DNA of 64,000 bases from an uncultured Alphaproteobacteria bacterium (GCA_963778625.1 CAVZVB010000014.1:340849-404848), one strand, 5' to 3'; shown: positions 1 to 11,658, numbered from the stretch's first letter. Numbers and translations are program-made. Notes: generated by a model from the sequence alone, not told the origin.

Positions 1-647
1 GCGGCACCCTCACTGACCGCAAGTGCCGTTGGCGATCCGCGCCGAATTCGAGACCACAGCCGCGCCGCCGCGATCCCGGCAAGCACGACGCCGAACCAGG
101 GAAGAACCGGTACGAAGTCGTTCGAGCGCGGCAGCGTCGTGGAAAGCCCGATCCACACGAGCGCGGGATGATCGAAAAGCGGCGTTGCGAGAAAAGACGG
201 CGCGGCGAAGGCGACGACCGCCGCGGCAATCGTCACGGCGACCGGGGCGCGCACGAAAGCGAGCCCGAGCACGCTCGTCACGGCGATGTTGTGGAGGATG
301 CCGAAGAAGATGAAGGTGTCGCGGAACGTGAACCAGGTCACGATTGTGATGGCGGCGGCGCTCGCCGCGACCACGCCGAGCCGGCGCAGAAAGCGCTTCG
401 GCCTGAAGCCGTTCCGCTCGGCAAGGACGAGACTGACGCCGACGATGAAGAGGAAGCTGCCGGCGATCGTTCGCGCGAAGAGCCGCCAGCCGAGGTCGTT
501 CTCCACGTCGGCGGCCAGGAAGCCGAAATAGCGCAGGTCCCAGGAGAAGTGATAGACGACCATCGCCGCGACGGCGGCGCCGCGCGCCGCGTCGATCAAC
601 GGCAGGCGCGGCGCGGGAGACGCGGCGGCGGAGGGCTCCACACTCAT
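1..647 (-). CDS. DUF1624-like acyltransferase-family integral membrane protein (3' end beyond window start)
   Basis: Not in ORF track because it has no stop inside the window. Reverse-strand translation from ATG ~647 gives MSVEPSAAASPAPRLPLIDAARGAAVAAMVVYHFSWDLRYFGFLAADVEND...IFFGILHNIAVTSVLGLAFV, a multi-pass hydrophobic protein with the DUF1624 HFSWDLRYF-type signature. Confidence 0.55.
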   Translation of the reverse strand, partial: MSVEPSAAASPAPRLPLIDAARGAAVAAMVVYHFSWDLRYFGFLAADVENDLGWRLFARTIAGSFLFIVGVSLVLAERNGFRPKRFLRRLGVVAASAAAITIVTWFTFRDTFIFFGILHNIAVTSVLGLAFVRAPVAVTIAAAVVAFAAPSFLATPLFDHPALVWIGLSTTLPRSNDFVPVLPWFGVVLAGIAAARLWSRIRRGSPTALAVSEGA

Positions 648-866
648 TAGCTAACCGTTTCGGCGTGAAGCGCCAGGCCCACGCCAGCAGACACGAGCTC
701 GCTCACTCGCGGAAGCAGTTCTCATTTGCAGAAGCGAATCCTTACGCAGCAGGGTTGCCGGCCCCCTCCTGCCAGCTATAGTCGAGAAAAAGAAGCCTCA
801 TCCGGCCCGCCGAAAACGGCACGCAGATGAGAGAATAACAAAGCGCCAAATAGGCGCAGGGAGGAA

Positions 867-1884
867 ATGATGACGAAAACAGCCAACAGGTTGACGGGGG
901 CGTTTGCCGCATGTGCCGGCGGCGCGCTTGCGCTCGCACTCGCTGCGGCCAGTCCGGCGGCGGCTCAGATCAAGCTCGTGGGCGCAAGCCAGTTCGACGA
1001 GAATCATGCCTTCACGAAGACGATGCGCAAGTTCGAGGAGCTGGTGAGTGCCTGCTACACGGACGAGCCGATCGAGTGGGAGATGCATCTGAACTCCGAG
1101 CTCGGACTGGAGAAGGACTACGTCGCCTACATGAACCAGGGGCTGTCGGTCGACTATGCCGTCGCCTCGCCTGCCCACATGTCCACCTTCTCCAAGATGG
1201 CGCCTTTGATGGACATGCCGTTCCTGTTCAGAGACGAAGACCATTGGCGCAAGGTGCTCGAAGCCGATGGACTGAAGCCGATCGCAGACGACATTCTGAA
1301 GACCGCGGACATCAGGCTCCTCGGCTATGCCGGCGGCGGCACGCGCAACGTCTTCGCCAACTTCCCCATCCACAACATGGAGGAGCTGAAGGGTGTTGCC
1401 GATCCGCATGCAGGGCGCGCCGATCTGGACGCGCGTCTTCGACGCGCTCGGGGCGGCGCCGACGGTGATCGCCTATAACGAGGTCTATAACGCCATCCAG
1501 ACCGGCGTCATCAAGGCTGCCGAGAACGAAGCGGCGGGCGTGGAGCAGATGAAGTTCTACGAGGTCGGCCCCTACCTGTCGCTGACCAAGCACGCCATTA
1601 CCGTGCGCCCGCTCTTCATCTCCAACAAGACCTATCAGCGGCTGCCGCCGAAGCTGCAGCAGTGCATCGATCAGGCCGGTCCGGAAGCCGGCAAATACGG
1701 CCGTGAGATCGAGAGCGGCGAGGACTCCGCCAAGCTCCAGGCCATGGCCGACAAAGGCTGGCTGACGCTGGTGGAGTTCACCGACCGCGACAAGATGCTG
1801 GAGGCGGCCAATCCGGTGCTCAACGCCTATGCCGAGGAGCTCGGCGCGGGCGACGTGCTGAAAGCGATCCAGGCGATCAAGTAG
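867..1884 (+). CDS. dctP: TRAP transporter substrate-binding protein DctP (frameshift ~1400-1480)
   Basis: ORFs 867..1478 and 1393..1884 together give a signal peptide followed by a DctP-family periplasmic binding protein sequence, in two frames with ~80 nt overlap. It is followed by dctQ and dctM. Confidence 0.85.
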
Positions 1885-1997
1885 CAAGCGCTTGTCGCGA
1901 CACGAATGGTCGTCGAGGCTCTATTGAGCCGGAGCCTCGCCCCTCAGTCCGCCCGCCTCGCGGGCGGACTTTTTCGCCTAGGCCACCCGACGCGCCG

Positions 1998-2483
1998 ATG
2001 ACCCGCATCCTCGACATCATCCATCTCGGCCTGAAGCTCGTGCTCGGCGCGCTCGTCGGCGGGCTGATCATCCCCGTCTCGATGCAGGTGCTGTCGCGCT
2101 ACACCGGGCTCATCCCGCGCTACATCTGGACCGAGGAGATCGCCCGCTTCTGCTTCATCTGGATGGTGATGGTCGGCGCCATGTGCGCAGCGCGCGACGG
2201 CAGCGCATTTCGACCTCGACCTTTTGCCACGCTCGCTCAATCCGAGAGGTAGAGGCGGCGAAGCGCATCTTCGTTCACGTCATGATGCTCATCGTCGCCG
2301 GTGATCTTCATCTGGTACGGGTGGGGCCTCATCGAATTCGGCTGGTACCAGACGTCGGAGATATTCAGCCTTCCGATGAACTGGATCTTCGCGGCGTGGC
2401 CGATTTCCGGCGTCGTCATCGCGCTCTTCCTGATCGAGAAGATCGTCAACGAGGTCAGACTCGTGCGCGGCGAAGCGCCATGA
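1998..2483 (+). CDS. dctQ: TRAP transporter small permease DctQ (frameshift ~2200-2300)
   Basis: ORF 1998..2252 (MTRILDIIHLGLKLVLGALVGG..., DctQ N-terminus) and ORF 2301..2483 (DctQ C-terminus). The stop TGA overlaps the dctM ATG (ATGA). Confidence 0.75.
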
Positions 2484-3784
2484 CGCCGACCGTCGTCGCC
2501 ACGATCCTTTTCGGCCTGTTCCTCTTCTTCATCATAATGAGGGTGCCGGTCGCGTTCGCGCTGGCGCTCGCCTGCCTGCCGATCTTCTTCCTGGACGACC
2601 GGCTGACGCCGATCCTGCTCCTGCAGGAGATGTTCAAGTCCTACAACGCCTTCGTGCTCCTCGCCGTGCCGTTCTTCCTGCTCGCCGCCAATTTGATGAA
2701 CGCCGCGGGGATCACCGACCGGCTGATACGCTTGTCGCGCGCGCTGGTCGGCCATCTCCCCGGCGGGCTCGGCCACGTCAACGTCGTCGTCTCGATGTTC
2801 TTCGCCGGCATCTCCGGAAGCTCGACCGCCGACGCGGCAGGCATCGGCTCGCTTCTGATCCCACAGATGAAGAAGGAAGGCTTCACCTCCTCCTTCGCCG
2901 TCGCCGTCACCGCCTGCTCGTCGGTGATGGGGGTCATCATCCCGCCCTCCATCCTGATGATCGTATGGGGCGGGCTGATGTCGGTGTCGATCGGGGGGCT
3001 CTTCCTCGCCGGGGTCATTCCCGGCGTGCTGATCGCCGCGGCGCAGATGGTCACCGTCTACGTCTATGCGCGCCGGCGCGGCATGGGGCTCCACGCGCGC
3101 GCGACGCTGCGCGAGCTCGCGGTCGCCATCGCCGGGTCGATCCTGGCGCTCGCCACACCGGTCATCATCGTCGGCGGCATCGTCGGCGGCTTCTTCACGC
3201 CGACCGAGGCGTCGGTGGTCGCCGCGCTCTATGCGATGCTGCTCGGCTTCGTCGTCTACCGGACGGTCGGGCTGAAGACCCTCGCCCACGTGCTCTACGA
3301 TACCGGCCGCTTCGCCGGCATCGCGCTTTTCTGCATCGGCACGGCGAGCGCCTTCGGCTGGCTGCTCGCCTATTTCAAAGTGCCGGCGGCTCTGGTCGCC
3401 TACGTGCAGGCGATGAATCTCGGCGTCACCGAGATGGGGCTAGCGGTCGCCATCGCCTTCCTCGTCATCGGCTGCTTCATCGACGCGATCCCGGCGATCA
3501 TCATTCTCGGCACGGTGCTGTGGCCGGTGACGCAGGCGGTCGGCATGCATCCGATCCATTTCGCCATCATCGGGGTGATCAGTCTCGCCTTCGGGCTGGT
3601 GACACCACCTTATGGGCTGTGCCTCCTGATCTCGTGCGCGATCGGCAAGATCTCGGTGCGTGAAGCGATGCGCGACGTAGCCATCATCCTCGCGCCGATG
3701 CTGGCGATCCTGGCGCTCGTGATCTTCTTCCCGTCAGTCTCGCTCTGGCTGCCGCGCCTCCTGATGCCGCAGTTCGTGAACTGA
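2480..3784 (+). CDS. dctM: TRAP transporter large permease DctM
   Basis: Internal ATG of ORF 2183..3784 at 2480 (MTPTVVATILFGLFLFFIIMRVPVAFALALA...). This is a DctM 12-TM permease and appears intact. Confidence 0.9.
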   Translation: MTPTVVATILFGLFLFFIIMRVPVAFALALACLPIFFLDDRLTPILLLQEMFKSYNAFVLLAVPFFLLAANLMNAAGITDRLIRLSRALVGHLPGGLGHVNVVVSMFFAGISGSSTADAAGIGSLLIPQMKKEGFTSSFAVAVTACSSVMGVIIPPSILMIVWGGLMSVSIGGLFLAGVIPGVLIAAAQMVTVYVYARRRGMGLHARATLRELAVAIAGSILALATPVIIVGGIVGGFFTPTEASVVAALYAMLLGFVVYRTVGLKTLAHVLYDTGRFAGIALFCIGTASAFGWLLAYFKVPAALVAYVQAMNLGVTEMGLAVAIAFLVIGCFIDAIPAIIILGTVLWPVTQAVGMHPIHFAIIGVISLAFGLVTPPYGLCLLISCAIGKISVREAMRDVAIILAPMLAILALVIFFPSVSLWLPRLLMPQFVN

Positions 3785-3790
3785 CCCGAC

Positions 3791-3826
3791 AAAAAAAGAG
3801 GGCGCGACCGCGCCGCGCCCTTTTCC
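3791..3826. terminator. bidirectional rho-independent terminator between dctM (+) and leuA (-)
   Basis: AAAAAAAGAGGGCGCGACCGCGCCGCGCCCTTTTCC: a GC stem (GGGCGCG/CGCGCCC) flanked by an A-tract and a T-tract. Confidence 0.6.
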
Positions 3827-3845
3827 AAAACCTTCTTGCTCTCGC

Positions 3846-5414
3846 TCACGCCGTCTGTGCGGCCTGCGCATGGATGCGGTCGCGACGCGCCGAGAGCTTG
3901 TTCAACGCCGAGAGGTAGGCCTTGGCGGAAGCGACGAGCGTGTCGGTGTCCGCCGCCCTGCCGGTGTAGGTCTTGCCGGCGGCCTGCAGGCGCACCGAGA
4001 CCTCGGCCTGCGCGTCGGTGCCCTCGGTGACGGCGCTCACCTGATAGAGCTCAAGCTGCGCCTCGTGCGGGACGAGCGCCTTGATGCAGTTCAGGATCGC
4101 GTCGACGGGCCCGTTGCCGGTCGACTGGATCGTCTTGTGCTCGCCTTCGATGTCGAGGGTGATGGTGGCGGATTGCGGTCCCATCGTTCCGGCGATGATC
4201 GTCGCGGAGAGAAGGCGGATGCGGTCGTGCGCGGAAGCGATCTCCTCGTCGACCAGCGCCTCGATGTCCTCGTCGTAGACGTGCTTCTTGCGGTCGGCGA
4301 GCGCCTTGAAGCGGTTGAAGGCGTCCTCAACGGCATTGTCGCCGAGCTGGTAGCCGAGCTCCTTCAGCTTCGACTTGAAGGCGGCCCGCCCGGAATGCTT
4401 GCCCATGATCAGCGAGGTCTTCGACACGCCGACCAATTCCGGCGTCATGATCTCGTAGGTGTTCGCATGCTTCAGCATCCCGTCCTGGTGGATGCCGCTT
4501 TCATGCGCGAACGCGTTCCGCCCGACGATCGCCTTGTTGTACTGGACCGGGAACGAGGTCACCGCCGAGACGAGCCGCGAGGCGCGGGTCAACTGCGTCG
4601 TATCGATGCCGGTCGTGTAGGGCAGCGCGTCGCCGCGGGTCTTCAGCGCCATCACGACTTCTTCGAGCGCCGCGTTGCCGGCGCGCTCGCCGAGCCCGTT
4701 GATGGTGCACTCGACCTGCCGCGCGCCGGCCTCCACGCCGGCGAGCGAGTTCGCCACCGCGAGCCCGAGGTCGTCGTGGCAATGCACCGAGAAGACCGCT
4801 TTGTCGGAATTCGGCACCCGCTCGCGAACGGCGCGGAACATCGCGCCGTATTCCTCCGGGGTGGCGTAGCCGACCGTGTCGGGCAGGTTGATCGTCGTCG
4901 CGCCGGCGCGGATCGCCTGGTCGACGCAACGGCAGAGATAGTCGATCGGGGTGCGGGTCGCGTCCATCGCGGACCATTCGACGTTGTCGACGAGGTTGCG
5001 CGCCTGGGCCACGGTCGCCTGGATGATCTCGACAACCTCGTCCTCGCCCTTGCGCATCTGGTGCGCGAGGTGGATCGGGGAGGTGGAGACGAAGGTATGG
5101 ATGCGCGGGTGCTTGGCGTGCTTCACCGCCTCTCCGGCGCGGGCGATGTCGGCGGAGATCGCGCGGGCGAGCCCGGCAACGACCGCCTTCTTCACACGCC
5201 GTGCAATCTCCGCGACCGCCTCGAAATCGCCCTGCGAGGCGATCGGGAAGCCGGCCTCGATGATGTCGACGCCCATCTCGTCGAGGATGTCGGCGACCTC
5301 GAGCTTCTCCTCCAACGTCATCGTCGCGCCCGGGCATTGCTCGCCGTCGCGCAGCGTGGTGTCGAAGATCACCACGCGGTTGTTGTCGCTTTGCGCTTTC
5401 TTGGTTGCGCTCAT
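3846..5414 (-). CDS. leuA: 2-isopropylmalate synthase
   Basis: ORF 3846..5462 with internal start [57 protein letters not shown]... This is the long-form LeuA with its C-terminal regulatory domain and appears intact. Confidence 0.95.
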   Translation of the reverse strand: MSATKKAQSDNNRVVIFDTTLRDGEQCPGATMTLEEKLEVADILDEMGVDIIEAGFPIASQGDFEAVAEIARRVKKAVVAGLARAISADIARAGEAVKHAKHPRIHTFVSTSPIHLAHQMRKGEDEVVEIIQATVAQARNLVDNVEWSAMDATRTPIDYLCRCVDQAIRAGATTINLPDTVGYATPEEYGAMFRAVRERVPNSDKAVFSVHCHDDLGLAVANSLAGVEAGARQVECTINGLGERAGNAALEEVVMALKTRGDALPYTTGIDTTQLTRASRLVSAVTSFPVQYNKAIVGRNAFAHESGIHQDGMLKHANTYEIMTPELVGVSKTSLIMGKHSGRAAFKSKLKELGYQLGDNAVEDAFNRFKALADRKKHVYDEDIEALVDEEIASAHDRIRLLSATIIAGTMGPQSATITLDIEGEHKTIQSTGNGPVDAILNCIKALVPHEAQLELYQVSAVTEGTDAQAEVSVRLQAAGKTYTGRAADTDTLVASAKAYLSALNKLSARRDRIHAQAAQTA

Positions 5415-5860
5415 TTGCTCATGTCCTTTTGGAACTTGGCGGCGCGGAGCCGCGTATCGCATCTCAGGTTTTCTTTATCATCCCCTGAAGACCCGCCCTG
5501 CGCGGCTCGATTTCCCGAGCCCGGGCTGCCGGCGCTTCAGGGGCGCCTAAGAAGGAGAGCGAGGGCGAGCGGAAGGCTCCGCGCTTTCAGCGCGGTCAGG
5601 TCGCAACGCGGCAAATCGGCAAACCGCACGGCCAAGGCCCTCGATAACTCGCGGGGCCTTTCTACCGGCTTCCGGCGCTTTTCGCAACGGAAAGGCGGCA
5701 GCGGCGGGGCTTCGAGCTTCGCAGACCGGCGGTCTTGACCTTTGGGCCATCATTCTCGGGCGAGCGCAGCGAGACCCGAGAACCCAGAAAACCAGTGCGG
5801 GCAACCCTTGGGTCCTCGGCTCTCCGCTTGCTCCGGCCGAGGATGACCGTGTGAGGATCG

Positions 5861-6757
5861 TCAAACAGCGAGCGTGCCCGCCGCGACCCGGACAGCGTTG
5901 CCGCCGATGCGGACATTCGTGAGCTTGCCGCCGGCCACGGTCGTCTCCAGGCGGATCAGCGACGGACGGCCCATCTCAAACCCCTGCTCGACGATCGCGG
6001 CATGGTCGCCGTCGGTCATCGCGTCGAACTCGTGCACGGCGCCCGGAAGCGCGGCAACTGCGGAGCCGGTCGCGGGGTCCTCGTCGACGCCGTGCTCGGG
6101 TGCGAACATGCGGGCGCGGAACGCGTGGTCGTGGCCTTCCGTCTCGCGCGTGTAGAGGAAAGCGCCGTCGCGGCCGAAAGCACGCGACCAGCCGGTGCGG
6201 CTCGGGCGAGGCCGCGCCAGCACCTCCATGTTGCTGACCGGGACGAAGTGGTAGGGCACGCCGGCCGACCAGACGCTCGGGACATGGTTCTCAAAGCCGA
6301 TGTCGGTGGGCGAGAGGTCGAGCGCCGCGGCGATCAAATCCTTCGGCGCCGCCTGCCCTGCCCGCTCCGGCAGCTTCGGGCAGTCGAATTCGGCAAAGCC
6401 GATCGAATCGGAGAGCTTCACGCCGCAGCGGACAGGACCGACCACCTCCTCCAGAACAATCACCGCGTCGTGCTCGCCCGGCCCGGAGAAGCGCCCCGCC
6501 GCGAGGCATACGGCGGCGCCGACGGTCGGGTGGCCGGCGAAAGGGAGTTCGCGCGCCGGCGTGAAGATGCGCACCGCCGCCGTGTGCGCGGGGTTCTGCG
6601 GCGGGAGCACAAACACGGTCTCGGACAGATTGAACTCGCGAGCGATCGCCTGCATCGCCTCGCGCTCAAGCTCTTCCGCGTCGAGCACCACGGCGAGCGG
6701 GTTTCCGACGAGCGGCCGGTCGGTGAAGACGTCGAGGATCTCGTAACGGCGCGGCAT
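5861..6757 (-). CDS. PhzF-family phenazine-biosynthesis-like isomerase
   Basis: MPRRYEILDVFTDRPLVGNPLAVVLDAEELEREAMQAIAREFNLSETVFVLPP..., a typical PhzF/DAP-epimerase-fold family protein. 298 aa, intact. Confidence 0.8.
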   Translation of the reverse strand: MPRRYEILDVFTDRPLVGNPLAVVLDAEELEREAMQAIAREFNLSETVFVLPPQNPAHTAAVRIFTPARELPFAGHPTVGAAVCLAAGRFSGPGEHDAVIVLEEVVGPVRCGVKLSDSIGFAEFDCPKLPERAGQAAPKDLIAAALDLSPTDIGFENHVPSVWSAGVPYHFVPVSNMEVLARPRPSRTGWSRAFGRDGAFLYTRETEGHDHAFRARMFAPEHGVDEDPATGSAVAALPGAVHEFDAMTDGDHAAIVEQGFEMGRPSLIRLETTVAGGKLTNVRIGGNAVRVAAGTLAV

Positions 6758-6763
6758 GGTCCC

Positions 6764-8008
6764 TCATTCGAAATCAAGGCGGCGGATAAGGCCGCGGATG
6801 GTCAGGCCCTGAACGATGACGGAAAAGACGACAACGCAATAGGTGGCGAGAAGGATCGGCTCGCGGAACGGCCCGGGTGCAATTGAAAGCGCAAGCGCCA
6901 CCGAGATGCCGCCGCGCACGCCGCCCCAGGTCAGCACCAGCACGGAGCCGCGCGAGAAGGCGCGGCGAAGCGCTGGAATTCCGAGCGGGAGCACCACCGC
7001 CACGAAGCGTGCAAAAAGCACGAGCGGGATCGCCGCAAGCGCCAGGCCGAGAAACGGCTGGTGAATGCCGATGACGAGGACTTCCAGCCCGATCAGGAGG
7101 AAGAGGACGGCGTTCAGGAGCTCGTCGATCGCCTCCCAGAATTCGAAGAGATGCCGCCGCGTCGTCTCGCTCATCGCCGCGGCCACGCCGCGATTGCCGA
7201 CGAGAAGTCCGGCCACCACGACGGCAAGCGGCCCCGAAGTGCCGAGCTTGACGGCAAGCGCATAAGTGCCGGTCACCAGAGCAAGCGAGAGCAGGATCTC
7301 GGTCGAATAGTCGTCGATCGCCTGCATGGCGCGCACCGCAAGCGCGGCGGCGACAAGGCCGAGCACGATTCCGCCGACAGCCTCCAGCAAGAACACTTCC
7401 GCCGCATGCGCGAGGTCCGGCTCGCTCCCCTGCACGGCGATCGAGAGGAGCACGCTGAACACGACCACACCGACGCCGTCGTTGAACAGGCTCTCGCCGG
7501 CGATCTTCATCTCCAGCCGTTCCGGGATGTGCACGGATTTCAAAAGCGAGAGCACGGCGACCGGGTCGGTCGGGCTGATCAGCGCGCCGAAGACGAGCGC
7601 CCATGCCAGCGGCAGATCGACGCCAAGCGCGCGCGCCGCCACGAAAACGGATGTGCCGACGAGCGCGGTCGAGATCAAGACGCCGATCGTGGCAAGCACG
7701 CCGACCGGCCAGCGGACGTCCTTCAGCATGCCGAAATCGACATGCAGCGCGCCGGCGAAAAGCAGGAAGGCGAGCATGCCGTTCATCAGCGTGTCGAAGA
7801 AGTCGATCTGCGCGACCGCAGCGGTCACCGTCTCGCGCAGGTTCGATTCGGGAAACAGGCGGTCGACCAGAATCAGCGCGAACGAGACGAGGAGCGTCAT
7901 GACCAAGACGCCGATCGTCTGCGGAAGGCCGATGAAGCGGACATTGACCCAGGCGAAGACGGCCGAGAGCACGAGAAGCAGCGCCGCGATTTCAAGAAGG
8001 CTCAACAT
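6764..8008 (-). CDS. cation:proton (Na+/H+) antiporter, CPA1/NhaP family
   Basis: ORF 6764..8080 with internal start MLSLLEIAALLLVLSAVFAWVNVRFIGLPQTIGVLVMTLL... It is a 12-TM Na_H_exchanger-type protein. Confidence 0.85.
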   Translation of the reverse strand: MLSLLEIAALLLVLSAVFAWVNVRFIGLPQTIGVLVMTLLVSFALILVDRLFPESNLRETVTAAVAQIDFFDTLMNGMLAFLLFAGALHVDFGMLKDVRWPVGVLATIGVLISTALVGTSVFVAARALGVDLPLAWALVFGALISPTDPVAVLSLLKSVHIPERLEMKIAGESLFNDGVGVVVFSVLLSIAVQGSEPDLAHAAEVFLLEAVGGIVLGLVAAALAVRAMQAIDDYSTEILLSLALVTGTYALAVKLGTSGPLAVVVAGLLVGNRGVAAAMSETTRRHLFEFWEAIDELLNAVLFLLIGLEVLVIGIHQPFLGLALAAIPLVLFARFVAVVLPLGIPALRRAFSRGSVLVLTWGGVRGGISVALALSIAPGPFREPILLATYCVVVFSVIVQGLTIRGLIRRLDFE

Positions 8009-8277
8009 CCGCGGCTCGTAGCGCAAGAGCGCCGGCCGGGCTAGCCGCGCGCGGCACCGCGCCTCGTATCCACGAAACAATCGCGATCGGCACGAAACCG
8101 TTTTCCCCGTTCGACGAAAAGCCGCGGAAGCGGATGCTATCTAGAAGCACCGACACCGAGGCACGCGGGAGCAACCCCGTCGCGCCGGTCAAGGGGAAGG
8201 CCGAAAGCGCCTCCCGAACGAGGTCCTGCAGGGGTGCGTCGCCAAAAAAGCGGGCACCGAATTGGGGAGATCGAAAA

Positions 8278-8577
8278 ATGAGAAAGATTCTGGTCACCGG
8301 CACGGCAGCTCTCTTCACCGCATTCGCGATCGCGGCCTCCGCGGCACCCGCCAGCGCCTTCGGCTTCGGCTACGGCTGGGGCGGCGGTTACGGCTGGCAT
8401 GACGGCGTCGATCTTGTGGTCGAGGTTCCCGTCTACGACGACAACGAAGATTCCGACTCCGACTGGCAAGACCACGTCGACTGGTGCGACGACCACTACA
8501 AGACCTACGACGAGGACAGCGACACCTACGCCTACGCCGTCGGCAAGCGCACGCGCTGCGTCGCGCCTTTCGACTGA
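8278..8577 (+). CDS. BA14K-family secreted protein
   Basis: MRKILVTGTAALFTAFAIAASAAPASAFGFGYGWGGGYGWHD...HVDWCDDHYKTYDEDSDTYAYAVGKRTRCVAPFD. Signal peptide and the C-terminal BA14K motif (C..Y.sYD..TGTY..G.rR.C). A GGGGAGA RBS precedes the ATG at 8278. Confidence 0.8.
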   Translation: MRKILVTGTAALFTAFAIAASAAPASAFGFGYGWGGGYGWHDGVDLVVEVPVYDDNEDSDSDWQDHVDWCDDHYKTYDEDSDTYAYAVGKRTRCVAPFD

Positions 8578-8600
8578 GCGACGCTTAGCGACGAATCAGG

Positions 8601-8626
8601 AAAGGCCCCGCCTCCGCGGGGCCTTT
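8601..8626. terminator. bidirectional rho-independent terminator between BA14K gene (+) and ilvC (-)
   Basis: AAAGGCCCCGCCTCCGCGGGGCCTTT, a perfect inverted repeat with A/T flanks. Confidence 0.6.
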
Positions 8627-8642
8627 CAATTCTCGGCGCGCC

Positions 8643-9665
<1,023 letters not shown>

Positions 9666-9930
9666 CTACCCTTCCCGCTCGTTCAGCCGGCCTGCCCGAT
9701 TGCCGTCATTTCGATGAAGCTGCGGGGTTCTAGCTTTCGGCGGCGGGGCGGGCAACCGGAAGCGTTCCGGCCGGCGCCGCCGGAAACGGGCGTAAAGACA
9801 GCAACGCGAGCGGCGGACCCTCAGGCGTCTCAAAATCGTCGGAAACTCTACCCAGGGTGCCCGAAGACATGCCGGCGACGGGCGTGACGGTCTCGCCGCT
9901 TGCCGATCCGGTTTGGGGAGGATTCCAGAA

Positions 9931-10482
9931 ATGCGGACGACCAACCTGTTTTGCCTGACATTCGGCGTATCGCTTTTGACCATCGTACCGGCCCTGGCCG
10001 AAGCTCCGACGGCGGCCCAACAGCAGGCCATCCGCTCGAATTGCGTCAGCGACTATCGGGCGAATTGCTCGGGCGTCCCGACCGGCGGCATGGATGCCCT
10101 GATTTGCCTGGAGCAGCATTCCGACAGCCTGTCGCCGGCCTGCAAATCGGCGGTCGAGGCGGTTGAGCCCGCGGAACCGGAGACGGCGGCCAAGCCGGCC
10201 GAAACCGCGAGCGCTCCTGCGACGACAGCTCCGAAGCCCGCTGAGGCCAGCGAAGCGAGCGCTCCGGCAGCGACCACCGCAAAGCCGCCCGAGACCGAGC
10301 CGAGGCTGACCTTCCGCCAGGAGATGCGCATCGCCGGCGGGTCCTGTGCGATCGACTTCCGGCTGCTCTGTCCGAATCTGCCGGTCGGCCACGGCAATGT
10401 GCTGTTCTGTCTTGAAGTGCACTGGCCGAGACTTGCCCCGGCCTGCCGGGACGCTCTCACAGAGATGGGCGTGAGCCCTTAG
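9931..10482 (+). CDS. secreted cysteine-rich protein with internally duplicated 4-Cys domain
   Basis: Internal ATG (MRTTNLFCLTFGVSLLTIVPALA, signal peptide) preceded by a GGGGAGGA RBS. Two copies of C-x7-C-x12-14-C-x10-13-C are separated by an Ala/Pro/Thr-rich linker. Confidence 0.6.
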   Translation: MRTTNLFCLTFGVSLLTIVPALAEAPTAAQQQAIRSNCVSDYRANCSGVPTGGMDALICLEQHSDSLSPACKSAVEAVEPAEPETAAKPAETASAPATTAPKPAEASEASAPAATTAKPPETEPRLTFRQEMRIAGGSCAIDFRLLCPNLPVGHGNVLFCLEVHWPRLAPACRDALTEMGVSP

Positions 10483-10574
10483 TTCTCAAGCAGACGGTGT
10501 TGTAACCGCTGCAGAGCGAGCGGGCTCGAACGTCAGCGGAGGCGGTCAAGCTCTCCCGCTTCCAGATCAGCTCG

Positions 10575-11658
10575 TCACTGCGCTGAGACAGGGGGACGAG
10601 CTGCGGCATGCAGGGCGCCTTCGGCGCGGCCGTAGCGGGCCCGCACCTCGCGGAACGAGATAAGCCGCCGCTCGGCCTCGTCCCATAACGCCAGGCGCAC
10701 GCAGCCAAGGCTCTCGGCCAGCGTCAGCCTGCTGACGCTGCGCAGCTCCGGATTGTCGCGAAGCACCCGGCCCAAACGGTAGAACGGGATGCGGCTGCGA
10801 CAGATGATGGACATGGTGCACGCCGATATTGGCAGTGAACCAGCGCAGCACCGCGGGGAGGTCATAGTGGGAGCTGCCATGCAGCGCCGTCTCGTGGAGA
10901 TTCCAGGTCCGCGCGCCCTCCCACGCCGTCTCCTCGAACTGATGCTGGACGTAGAAGAGCCAGACCCCGATCGAGGCGGCGAGCAGCGTGATCGGCAAAT
11001 GCACCAGCAGGAACGGACCCACTCCGAGTGCCCATATGAGCATCGCAACGAAGAGAGCGATCCCGGCATTCGTCGCCATGGTGCTGACCCAGGGCAGCCA
11101 GCCGCTGCGCATCAGCCCAAGCGGAATTCGGTGCTGGAGCACGAAGAGATAGGTGGGGGCGATGCCGAACATCACCAGCGGATGCCGGTAGACACGATAT
11201 CCGAACCGCCGCAACGGCGAGCGCGACAGATATTCGCTCACGGTCCAGGTTTCCACGTCGCCGATCCCGCGTCGGTCGAGATTGCCGGATGTCGCGTGGT
11301 GGATCGCATGTGAGCGGCGCCAGCAGTCGTAAGGCGTCAGCGTGAAGACACCGAAGACGCGTCCGACCCAGTCGTTGGCGGCGCGCGCACGGAAGAAGGC
11401 GCCGTGACCGCAATCATGCTGGATCATGAAGAGGCGAACGAGGAGGCCAGCGGCAGGGACGGCGAGAAGAAGACAGAGCCAGACATATCCGAAATGCACG
11501 GATGCCCACATCAAGGCCCAGATGCCGACGAGCGGCGCCGCCGTGATGACGATCTCCACGATGCTGCGAATGTCGTTCGGCTCGCGGTATTGTGCGAGGC
11601 GCGCGGTCAGCGAGCGCGCGTCAACTTTCTCGCCTTGAGAAGGGCTGGCATTCGGCAT
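10575..11658 (-). CDS. membrane fatty-acid desaturase (frameshift ~10800)
   Basis: His boxes HDCGH, HAIHH and HHVHH in ORF 10567..11760. The conserved C-terminus SRIPFYRLGRVLRDNPELRSVSRLTLAESLGCVRLALWDE is found in a different frame (ORF 10575..11069). Confidence 0.8.

Noticed and set aside
2237-3289. 350-aa minus-strand ORF
   Set aside because: Antisense to dctM. Low-complexity Arg/Asp/Gly composition.
3870-5738. 622-aa plus-strand ORF
   Set aside because: Antisense to leuA. Arg/Gly/Asp-rich.
7061-8044. 327-aa plus-strand ORF and other ORFs at 6774..7604 and 7326..8021
   Set aside because: Antisense or alternate frames of the antiporter gene.
8134-8277. N-terminal extension of the BA14K ORF (MLSRSTDTEARGS...)
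   Set aside because: No signal peptide. The internal ATG at 8278 has a strong RBS and begins a canonical signal peptide.
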